This document shows, one piece after another, positions 48,601 to 57,278 of a stretch of 64,000 bases of DNA. The DNA is from Octopus sinensis. Its lineage: Eukaryota. The notes under the pieces were generated by a model that was given only the letters and a program-made list of their open reading frames with translations, made no database searches and had not been told where the DNA came from. Positions within the stretch are counted from its first letter, which is position 1; each line of letters opens with the position of its first letter. The stretch is from the NCBI RefSeq assembly GCF_006345805.1, contig NC_043008.1, positions 33,604,001 to 33,668,000 on the forward strand. The letters are read 5' to 3'. The translations under genes were made by a program, and so were the position numbers.

Positions 48601-48747
48601 AATTTACTTTTTTTTATCTTTTGTTAGGGTGGTCGTGAAGTTGATGATTTTGTTAAATATTTAGCTAAAGAAGCCACCAATGAATTGAAAGGATACACCA
48701 GATCTGGTGGAAAGAAGAAGACAAAAAAAGCAAAGAAAGAATTGTAG
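22478..48747 (+). CDS. PDIA3: Protein disulfide-isomerase A3 (ERp57) gene, 13 coding exons, 499 aa
   Basis: I assembled and translated the exons by hand. They join in frame through 12 GT-AG introns (152+88+118+108+124+114+123+183+103+129+80+58+120 = 1500 nt). The protein has a signal peptide [23 protein letters not shown], two thioredoxin sites APWCGHCK, the ERp57-specific motif [21 protein letters not shown], and a basic C-terminus ending [11 protein letters not shown]-stop. Confidence 0.97.
25250..25560 (+). mobile_element. RTE-clade reverse transcriptase fragment (PDIA3 intron 1)
   Basis: [12 protein letters not shown]...EMQFG...[12 protein letters not shown]...[21 protein letters not shown], with frameshifts. 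Confidence 0.7.
28219..28306 (+). CDS. PDIA3: PDIA3 exon 2 (first CGHC site)
   Basis: Acceptor tttgtaag|G; [29 protein letters not shown]; donor GTAAGT. Confidence 0.96.
28400..28620. mobile_element. piggyBac-type MITE, TTAA TSD
   Basis: TTAA|CCCTTTAGCAT...ATGCTAAAGGG|TTAA. Confidence 0.85.
28860..29225 (-). mobile_element. RTE-tailed SINE with internal tandem units (relative of 7380-7856)
   Basis: Reverse complement contains GTGGCAC...CCATCCGA...GTGGCCGT units and GTTAGGAAGGGCATCCAGC. Confidence 0.75.
29320..29437 (+). CDS. PDIA3: PDIA3 exon 3
   Basis: [39 protein letters not shown]; AG/GT boundaries. Confidence 0.96.
29455..30229. mobile_element. piggyBac-type MITE (same family as 28400) split by an RTE insertion
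   Basis: TTAA at 29451-29454 and 30230-30233; degenerate CCTTTAGC/GCTAAAAGG ends. Confidence 0.8.
29511..30080 (+). mobile_element. 5'-truncated RTE (BovB-like) LINE, 9-bp TSD ATGTTCAAA, (GATA)n tail
   Basis: Nearly open frame [16 protein letters not shown]...[17 protein letters not shown]...[10 protein letters not shown]...[12 protein letters not shown]...RLRLSG-stop with one internal stop; TSD at 29502-29510 and 30081-30089. Confidence 0.92.
32840..32947 (+). CDS. PDIA3: PDIA3 exon 4
   Basis: [37 protein letters not shown]; cag|...|gtaag. Confidence 0.95.
33157..33340 (+). mobile_element. SINE family A, 5' half
   Basis: Head to (TG)n core. Confidence 0.75.
34453..34845 (+). mobile_element. 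SINE family A, full length
   Basis: Complete head, core and tail GAAACAAGTAAAAGAATAAAAG. Confidence 0.9.
36046..36169 (+). CDS. PDIA3: PDIA3 exon 5
   Basis: [41 protein letters not shown]; cag|...|gtaag. Confidence 0.94.
36734..36847 (+). CDS. PDIA3: PDIA3 exon 6
   Basis: [38 protein letters not shown]; tag|...|gtatg. Confidence 0.94.
38145..38267 (+). CDS. PDIA3: PDIA3 exon 7
   Basis: [41 protein letters not shown]; cag|...|gtaaa. Confidence 0.96.
38938..39150 (+). mobile_element. SINE family B, variant tail
   Basis: Family-B head followed by ...CGGGCCTTGTGCGTAGAATAGAAAA. Confidence 0.85.
39661..40799 (-). mobile_element. Tc1/mariner-superfamily (maT/DD37D-like) transposon relic
   Basis: ...[14 protein letters not shown]...[24 protein letters not shown]...[13 protein letters not shown]-stop; degenerate CAGGGTCTTACAGATA TIRs. 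Confidence 0.75.
41100..41282 (+). CDS. PDIA3: PDIA3 exon 8
   Basis: [61 protein letters not shown]; tag|...|gtatg. Confidence 0.96.
41487..41665 (+). mobile_element. SINE family A, 5' half
   Basis: Head to (CA)n. Confidence 0.8.
41672..42320 (-). mobile_element. Second maT/DD37D-like transposase relic, C-terminal half
   Basis: [27 protein letters not shown] / [36 protein letters not shown]...[14 protein letters not shown]-stop. Confidence 0.8.
42340..43451. mobile_element. Kolobok-type MITE (TTAA TSD, GG-starting TIRs of about 115 bp) with nested SINE A
   Basis: TTAA|GGCTACCATTGGTTTTAT...ATAAAACCAATGGTAGCC|TTAA. Confidence 0.75.
42857..43225 (+). mobile_element. SINE family A, full length, inside the Kolobok-type MITE
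   Basis: Complete head, core and tail. Confidence 0.9.
44152..44254 (+). CDS. PDIA3: PDIA3 exon 9
   Basis: [35 protein letters not shown]; cag|...|gtaac. Confidence 0.96.
44542..44670 (+). CDS. PDIA3: PDIA3 exon 10 (second CGHC site)
   Basis: [43 protein letters not shown]; tag|...|gtaag. Confidence 0.97.
44868..45496 (+). mobile_element. Possible non-autonomous Helitron
   Basis: A|TCTAGTATAATAAATGC start and CTAA|T (CTRR) end; 3' hairpin poorly defined. Confidence 0.4.
45493..45580. other. 88-nt near-perfect hairpin in PDIA3 intron 10
   Basis: 37-bp stem with 2 mismatches (outer 23 bp perfect) and a 14-nt loop. Confidence 0.9.
45903..46055 (+). mobile_element. SINE family A, 5' half
   Basis: AAGCTTGCTTCCCAACCATGTGG...GTGAGTGGATTTGGT. 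Confidence 0.75.
46917..46996 (+). CDS. PDIA3: PDIA3 exon 11
   Basis: [26 protein letters not shown](G); tag|...|gtaag. Confidence 0.96.
48352..48409 (+). CDS. PDIA3: PDIA3 exon 12
   Basis: [19 protein letters not shown]; tag|...|gtaag. Confidence 0.96.
48628..48747 (+). CDS. PDIA3: PDIA3 exon 13 coding part
   Basis: [39 protein letters not shown] then TAG at 48745-48747. Confidence 0.96.
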   Translation, partial: GGREVDDFVKYLAKEATNELKGYTRSGGKKKTKKAKKEL

Positions 48748-49027
48748 ATTTTCCTTTTCATTTAAATATATTTTATTTTTCTTATTTATATCACTTATCT
48801 TCAATTTCTTCCTTTATTCATTTAAGAAAAACTTTCAAAGACTTAAAATTCATCTTAGGGTCCTCTGTTTTCATCTGTTCTCTTTTTTGTTTTGATTCGG
48901 TCCTTCTGTAATGCCACTCAGTGGTGTGAGGATGTAAATTTTCATTAAAATGCTCCTCTAAAATTTATGGATGAAAGGAAAATGTCTGAACAACTCATAC
49001 AATGTTATTGTACACTTAATTTTTGCT

Positions 49028-49033
49028 AATAAA
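49028..49033 (+). terminator. Probable polyadenylation signal of PDIA3
   Basis: AATAAA about 280 nt after the stop codon, followed by a T-rich tract. Confidence 0.55.
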
Positions 49034-51411
49034 TTTTTTTTTAAAAAAAGGAATTCCAAATTATACAAAAATGTTTGTATAAACATGATTTACATCTGAA
49101 TTTATTGCCATTTTGTTTTCAGCTTAATGAGTTTATATGGATAAAGCAAATGTTTCATTCTTGAAGCCTTAAATATTCAGTGTTTATCATCAGATCTAAA
49201 TTTTAAATAGTGCTATTGAAAACTTATCTTTTAATTCATCCTTTATTCCATAATGGCAGATATCCATTCATCATCATCCTTTAATGTTCGTTTTCTATGG
49301 CATGGTCTGACCAGAGCTATCAAGCAGGGGAGCTGCACCAGGTTCCAGTTTGATTTGACTTGGTTCCTATCGCTTGATGTCTTTCCTAATGTGAGAGCGA
49401 GATAAGCTCAGTATAGAAAACACATAGTGCTCAAATGAATTTGAACTTAAACTCTAACTTCATCATCCTGTGGGATGACCTAGATTGATAGCTCCAAGGC
49501 AAGGCCCGCAGTATCAAGAGTGGCTAAAGAGAATTCCAAATCGAGCTGATATATCAAGCTTGTGTGTTTATCTGCATTACTACTTCTATACACATACACA
49601 GCACATTCACCTAAACATACATAAATATGTACACATACACTCGCACATATACAAATATGTACATTTCTATAACATTGGTATTTGAGTATTTTTTTCCACC
49701 CTGTTTTGCACGTGTGTGCTGGCTTATGTGTTTATACATGAGTTATTTTATTCAGCATGGGTTGAAATATAGGAAAATGAAGTTGAAAATACACTGGAAT
49801 TTTCGATGCTTTGTTTTTAAAGGCTTTACCGATTTCACAGATTTTTTTTGATTTTCAAAAAGTAAAATAAAGATGTGGGTTTTATGCCACAACTGACTTG
49901 TTTCAGATTGGAATTTGAAAATGCTCTTGTTTTTAGAGAAAGAATATGACTCAAATTAGTATCTGTTTAGGATACAATTTAATTGGTAGAGGATAGTCAC
50001 ATGATTAAGCTTGGAAATTTTGAAAGTTATTTGCTAAGTTTGTGTGTTAATGTCATATGGCAATATTTTTGGCTCTGAAAATTAAGGCCGAGAGATTATG
50101 TGGACATGTTTAGTGACAAGACCGATGTAGGATTTATACTGCAACTATCTCAACTTTCGGAAATCAGAAAAAACCTGAAACTGGTTAAGTCGTTAAAAAC
50201 AAAACATCTGAAAGACTCCCAGTGCATTTTCAACTTCTTGCATTCGCACACACACACACACACACACACACACCAATGGGAAAGGAAAAGTTGTTACAGC
50301 AGCTGCTAATGATAACACCAGATGCTGTTTGACCTTCTTGGGATGATTTTTCATCGCCCTCTGATATACAATGTTTATAAACAACGCTTCCAGAAGAGAT
50401 TTTTTTGCAAATAAAAACTGCAGCAACTGGCCTATACATTATGATAAATTGATCATATGCTTTAAATTTCAAGAAAGTGAAGTTGTTAGTACTTTCATAT
50501 GCAAATAAATGATTGTTTCACTTCAAATGTCAAATAGAATATATTTCTATACAAAGGACAAAGAACTGAAACCGCAAATTTCTCAACACTAAGTTTTCTT
50601 TTTCTTAACTTTTTGTTTTATAATTAATTTTAATGCATGAATTATTAAAGACCATTTAAAATAGACACAATTAATAAAAGAAAATAAAGTGAGGAGTTGC
50701 AAAATCTATATTGTTGCTATTATGTTAAACAGTTGTATGTCCAATTTGGCCAAATGCGCCCCCCCCCCCAATATTTTTACTTATACTAGCTGGTTCTTTT
50801 GGTCAAACTATCATATCTCCAGCCTCTTTAGATGCCAAGATATTAAAAATTGTTGAAGTGTAGTACAACGGTTTTACTATGGAATGGTGAAACTATTTTT
50901 GCTTTTTGAAAAATTGTTTTGGACTTAGGACACTTGCATAATAACAATATTTCAACTAACAGTTCTAATATTCGCCAGTTTCCAGTTGTAGTGTTCATAT
51001 TGGAGTTCTAATTCTAACTACTTAAATTTATTTGAACTTCTTGTGAACAACTTGTTCACAAAAAGTGCTAGCAAGTTTGTGCTACCAGGATGCTAGCAAA
51101 TTTATGGAATTATCAGGAAAGAACGCAAGAAATTTCAAGGACATCATTTTGATGATGTCATTGCATACCAGCCGCTCTCACTGAAAAGCTTTCTAGATCA
51201 ACTGATTAGGTTTTGCTCAATATTCTTGCCATTGCTCCTTGTTTCCTTCTAACTAAATCCAGTGACTTGCCTTCTCAACAGTAATGTATTGATTTTCTTT
51301 AATTATAGAAGAATTATTTTAAAAGTATGAATTACTGAAGGCTGTTTATAATAGACATAAGTAAAAAAAAAAAATGTGATAGGAGTCATGTTTGTCAGTT
51401 TCCAGTTGCAG

Positions 51412-51637
51412 TGTGAGCTGGCAGAAACGTTAGCACACCGGGTGAAATGCTTAGCGATATTTCATCTGCCATTATGTTCTAAGTTCAAATTCCGCCGAGG
51501 TGGACTTTGCCTTTCATCCTTTCGGGGTCGATAAAGTACCAGTTGCACACTGGGGTCGATGCAGTCGACTTAATCCCTTTGTCTGTCCTTGTTTGTCCCA
51601 TCTATGTTTAGCCCCTTGTGGGCAATAAAGAAATATA
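51412..51637 (+). mobile_element. SINE family B
   Basis: Near-identical to 3686-3920. Confidence 0.88.
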
Positions 51638-52207
51638 TTTCAATTTTTTGCAAACAAGGTGCAAGTGCTACCAGTTGAAAGTTCCACATACTGGATGCTA
51701 GCAAGTTTATAGGGTCATCAGGAGAGAATGTGCACTGTTTTGAGGCCTTTTTCCTGATGGTATCATTGTGCACTCACCCTCACCTGTTAGGTCAGATGGT
51801 TCTTGGGTTTTGCTCAATGTTCTAATATTCGTCAGTTTCCAGTTGTAGTGTTCATACAAGTGCTGTCTTAATTCAGACTACTTACATTTGAGTAATCTAT
51901 TATGTTGGTAACATCTGCCTTTTGATTGCATCTGCCTCACGTTTGCATGTGAGTGGCTATTAACCTATAATTAATTTGTTTTGCATTGCAGTTTTTAACA
52001 ATAGCATTGTCTAACTGTCCAATCCCTGATTCCCTCACATCCTGATGAGAGCAACAAAAGAATTGTGTAACTTGGTACCCAACAAATATAAATTGAAGGC
52101 ATCATTTATGAGCACCTGCTTTATATTTAAAAAAATTTTATTTAGCTGATGAATATCGGGGAAAGGCACACACACTTGTGAGTGCATGCATATGTATTTA
52201 TACATAA

Positions 52208-52695
52208 CTAGCAGTATCGCCCTGCGTTGCTCGGGTTTGTAAGGGAAATAACTATATAAGCATTTTTAGTGAGTTATAGCAAAAAATGCATTAAAAATGG
52301 AATAAAGAAATGATGGTAATTTTTTTTTAAATCGTTGACTCATCGTAGACATTTTTAGAGAGTTACTTCCCTTATATAATAGCGAAAAATGCATTAAAAT
52401 GGAATAAAAAATGATGGTAATTTTTTTTAATCGTTGACTCATCGTAGACATTTTTAGAGAGTTACTTCCCTTATATAATAGCGAAAAATGCATTAAAATG
52501 AAATAAAAAAATTATGGTAAATTATTTTTAAAATCGTAGTCTCATCGTAGATGTGCGCTAATACCCAGAAGGGCTCGATATGAATCACGACTATAAGATA
52601 CCCGGTTTTGGTTACACTGCACCGCAAAATGTGGGAGTAGTTAGGAATCTAAATCGTAGGAGACAGACACACAACCTTACTTTTATATATAAAGA
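52208..52695 (-). mobile_element. Non-autonomous Helitron with internal about 100-bp tandem repeat (2.5 copies)
   Basis: On the - strand: A|TCTTTATATATAAAAG start; CCCGAGCAACGCAGGGC hairpin then CTAG|T; repeat periods 103 and 99 nt. Confidence 0.85.
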
Positions 52696-53187
52696 TTCAT
52701 GCAACAACTAAAACATTCGGTTGTGCAAATTGTTTGCACAGGAAACCTGCCCTGTGTGGCGGTAATTGCCGTTTTTGTGGATCTGTTTCAGCTTTTTTAT
52801 CGATTTCTGTTTTGGCGACTTCAAGCCATGAAGTCGTTGTTCTAAAAGAATGCTGGTCTCCTTGACAACGCATTACGACGTTGATTTCCTTACACTCCCT
52901 TCCCCACAGCTTCACGAGGGGGGGAGAAGCAACACAGGTGCAGGTGTGAGCGTGGACGCCAATTCCGCCGCCATCGACACACGAAAAAATATGCATTAAA
53001 ATGGAATAAAAAATGTTAAATTATTTTTAAAATCGTAGACGCGCGCTAATACCCACACTGGCTCGATATGAATCACGACTATAAGATACCCGAATTTGGT
53101 TAAACTGCACCGCAAAATGTGGGGGTAGTTAGGAATCTAAATCGAAGGGGACAGACACTCACATAACTACAGTTTTATATATATAGA
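52696..53187 (-). mobile_element. Second Helitron of the same family, head-to-tail with the first, without its own CTAG end
   Basis: A|TCTATATATATAAAAC start at 53187; 52980-53187 is similar to 52480-52695. Confidence 0.65.
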
Positions 53188-53199
53188 TATGACAGTTGG

Positions 53200-56100
53200 A
53201 ACACTCCTTTTATTACAAGGTCAGTGCTGATTTACTGACCAGTGTTAATAACATTTGGAATACTTGACTGGTCTGTAGGGGAAAATAACCTCTTCGCAGA
53301 CATTTAGGGACTTGAGTTTAGAGCCTTTGAATGTCATCTAGTCTCACTCTAACAGCACCTCCCAAACAACAGCTGGAAAGGGAAGAGAACAGCTACCTCC
53401 ATGTTGGCCATGAGCTCTTCAGGAAGTACTTTAATTTATAACCTCCCATTCAATCTGAAAACAGCTAAACTAACTTATATGAGACTACCAGAAAAACTTT
53501 AAAAAGATTTCTTGAGGTTAATTACATGGGTTTCAAAACCAAGATTTTCATACAGTTTATAAACAGTTCTTAAAATAAAATGCAGCAGTCTGTCCACACA
53601 CCAGACTACTGCATAGGTCTTTCTGTCTGTTCAACCAATTCCGTTGTGATTGGGTAAAGGTGTGATTTATAAAAGCTACTGGGTGTCCTTCCTGGGATAA
53701 CACCTCAGCCACTACGATTTTTGAAGTGAGTGTTAATTTTCTCCATCGGCTGGCTGCAAAACCAAAATGTCAGAAAATGAGTGACAAGTATTTCAAATGT
53801 TTTCTTATTCTTTACCCTGCTTGAACTCCTTAGATTTAGCAGCTACAATAGGTTTTTTCTTTTTTTCCCAGCATATGCTGGAATGAATCTTCTATAATAA
53901 TAATAATTTAAGCCTAATATCTTATCGGTGTCCTTCTTTGATTTTGGCACCTGTATATTCTTTGGCTTTGCTACTTGCTCATGAGCTGGAGAAATTCACT
54001 CTTTGGATATACTTATTCTCAGGAAAGTCAGATTTCTTCTAGAAAATAAATTTTCTTCGTTTATAGAAAACTGGTTAATCTTGTGACTACCACATTCTCT
54101 CTGCTCATTATCTTTGATTCATTACTAGTATAGATGAGGATATTGTCTTAGTATACTCTGATATCATTGATTACGTACAGTATACCACTTCAACTCTTAA
54201 GACCTATTTGAAGTTTGTTTATTAAGTACAAATCATTGGTTGTACTAATAGCACAAATATGCCTTGTATTCTCAGCTAAAGGTATTTGCCAATATACATG
54301 CTTTAATTTGAGAGATGAGAAAACTTCTGCACCTGTCATGCCAAAGAAAATAGTATCAATTGATAGCATGGGAAAAGAATAGGTGTCAATATGTACATTT
54401 AAATGAGCACTTGTAATCAGTGTATATACAAAGAAACTTATCTTTTTTTTTTCTTGACCAGATCATTGGCACGGCACATCTGATGGTGTGATAGTACTCA
54501 TCATTTCCAACCTCTGCAACTCCTTTTTAACATTGTTTTCTAAATTAACAGGAACATGTTTTTCTGAACTAATCATGCCGTAACTCATGTCCTGGTAGTT
54601 GATGAGCAACAAAGTCTTTGTAACTGTTGTTTTGATAGACATAGAAGGAAGGATATGATATGCTGGTCCTTGAGATGGGTTCAGGCTGTGAATAATGTGT
54701 GCACAACACTCATCAACAATTAACTGAATTTTATTTCATCACATGAATATTTTCCATGTTGGTCAAGTTTACACACTAGTAGGACAATTCTGTAGTTATT
54801 ACAAATAGTTGATTAAGAAGGTTCTCTAATTGATCTGTTAAGACAATATATACACACTCAGTTTAAGTCAGTGAAATATAGCTACATCTAGGCTGAGAAA
54901 ATGGTTATAAGCAGAAAAATGACAATGTGGTTTGCTTCCTGTTGGTGGTCACTAACTGGAGTTTAGCACACAAAACATGCCTATATATAAGCTTTGTACA
55001 GCAACATTCTAGCAGCTTCTAGAAAGATTCATCTCATATCGCAATGCTGATTGGTCTATAACTTGGCTGATCACATGAAAAACTTGCTAAGCTGGGACTT
55101 TAACTTGGCAATTTACCCGTTCAGTTTTGAATTTTACTACACATTTAACCTCTGGTAAAGTATTTGAGTTTAACTTAAAACAAAATGAGCTGTCCTCTTA
55201 ATATTTTTTCCAATCAGTTCAAAAGTAAGGGCTATCTACTACAATAAAGCAACAAGATTCCTCTGTACCAATGAGTTCAAATTTTACAAGGATTGATCCA
55301 ACCCCCTTTAGATCTGAACCAACAAAAGTGGTTAAGTGTTTATAACATGATTTGACTGAAATGTTAAATTGTGAAGTGAATGAAAGTGGAACTATCAAAC
55401 AAACTACTCCAGTATCCACCGTCATATTGTCACCGTTCATGGCTGGATGACTTGATGAGTTGGTGAATAATGATACCAATCATGTGAAACTATGGTGGTT
55501 CACTCGTGATATCTAATCACGTATCTGGTGATTCAGTTATGAATGATTACCAAAATACCAATGTCTCTGTCATTTACAAAAATCAAGGTTATCTACCTGC
55601 TCACATTTAGCATTTGATTAAAACCAACTTTAAAACCAGCCTTACTTGGAAACCCATTTACGTTATACACGTTACACTCAAATTTAGATTGGCAAAATCT
55701 TGCAAAACGCCCTACTTTCCGACATTTGTGACATCCTTTCCCATATGCTGGATATTCATGCATTTTATGTGTCCCCCAGACAATTCTGATATTTCACTAT
55801 ACTAACGATATTACGACTGCTGCTGCTAGCAGTTTTTTTGTTGACATTAAAGTTAGTTGTTGTTACTGATGTAAGCTGTCAATTGCTTGCAAATAGTGTT
55901 TCTGATTCTATGGTGGATGTAAGAGCAGCTATTTCAGTATATTTAATTTTAGAATGATGTCGAAATTGATCTAAATATTTCAGCTTTACCTCTGTTCATG
56001 ATAAGCCAACAATAAAAATGAGTTTTATGAATTCCTCTTCTGGGTTTTCTCTCATCCTATTCAGATGGTAGAAGGAGACTTGAGAATTAATCCTAAGTAG
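53200..56100 (-). mobile_element. Highly degraded Ty3/Gypsy gag-pol (Mag-like)
   Basis: Order on the - strand: gag-like (about 55900-56080); knuckle PAYGKGCHKCRKVGRFARFC (55683-55770); protease MTVDTGVV (about 55400-55425); RT FPMLSIDTIFFGMTGAEVFSSLKLKHVYWQIPL...VY*DNILI (54130-54390); RNase H VLSQEGHPVAF...TYAVVWCV (53580-53720); integrase tail PFQLLFGR (about 53360-53385). Confidence 0.75.
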
Positions 56101-56781
56101 AAAGACATTGATTTACTTACTCTTGCAGTTTGAGTCTGACCACAATTAACAATCTCTCCTTCAGAGAGAGTGAGAATAATGCAAATGTGTGTATTTTCTT
56201 TCTCGCTCTGACATCAACACTAATTCAGCCAGTTTTGAGTCCTGTACATGCCTTTATGGAGGTAATCACAAGTGTATAGCAGTTACTCATACATGTATAA
56301 AGTAGATTATCACTCAAGAGACATTTAGAATTTCATAACTGTTTTGGAATATTGTAAGAAGACTGTAGATAAAATTGCTACTAGTACTTGGCTTATTTCA
56401 GTTCCTGGACCAAGTCACGCTCTTAGCGAAACACTTCAGTTGGCAAAAATGAGTAATCTTGCAACAGACCAATGTGTCATCTAGGGAAAAATATGTCCCA
56501 GAATCCAGGAAACTGGCATTGTGAACTTGTGGCTTGGAAAGATCTTTCATCCTTTTTTTGTTTTGAATAGAGTGGATGCTGAATTTAGTATCTTTGGGCC
56601 ATGGGAACATTTTGAACTTGTCCCTTAAGTTTCAAACATAATGTGGGAAAAGGCAATGCTGGTTCCATGTTCCATCAATGAATTTGAAAGAGTATATGTG
56701 TTGTTTGAATCTGCTCTTAAATGTTTATTGCAGATGAGAAAGCAAGATACTTAACATGAAAGCAGAAAACCTTAAAGAATT

Positions 56782-57258
56782 TGTAGTGGTCTATGTAGCT
56801 AAATAGTTGAATGATTTCCCTTGCATAGAGGTTTCTAGAAGGATCTATGTCATGAGACGTGATTCTTAATTATTCAAGAAGCTTAGCGTTTCTAGAATGT
56901 CTAGTGTTCCATTAATAAAAACAGCTTGCAAACCCTGCTCTTTGCTTCTTAGTCGATTAGACTAAGAGCCATTCACATCATTGCCATGTCCATCTATTTC
57001 TCTATACCACTTGACTGAAAAGCATCACTTAGCTGTTATTTCTACATTTTCTGTCTCTGAACTTTCTTGCATAGATTACTTCATTCAATTAGATTCTACA
57101 TTTTGATTATGTATCATCATCGACCAGTAAATAAAATATATCTTTATGTAGTAAATATATAGTTCTTGAATTTATTCTTCATCTCTAAATGAACTCATGT
57201 AATAATATATACATGCAGCTATATCACCACCTTGTACTGAATATATATCTCCACTACA
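56782..57258 (+). repeat. 5' LTR (477 bp)
   Basis: TGTAGTGG...CCACTACA; a direct repeat of 60234-60796. Confidence 0.9.
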
Positions 57259-57263
57259 TAAAT

Positions 57264-57278
57264 TGGTGACCCCAACGT
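57264..57278 (+). promoter_or_regulatory. Primer-binding site, tRNA-Trp
   Basis: TGGTGACCCCAACGT matches the complement of the tRNA-Trp 3' end (TGGTGACCCCGACGT) at 14 of 15 positions, 5 nt after the LTR. Confidence 0.85.

Noticed and set aside
50320-50450. VVYKHCISEGDEKS on the - strand, faintly like a Kolobok transposase DGD motif
   Set aside because: Too short and degenerate to support without an HMM search.
52697-52996. 99-aa ORF
   Set aside because: It lies within Helitron-associated sequence and has no recognisable domain.
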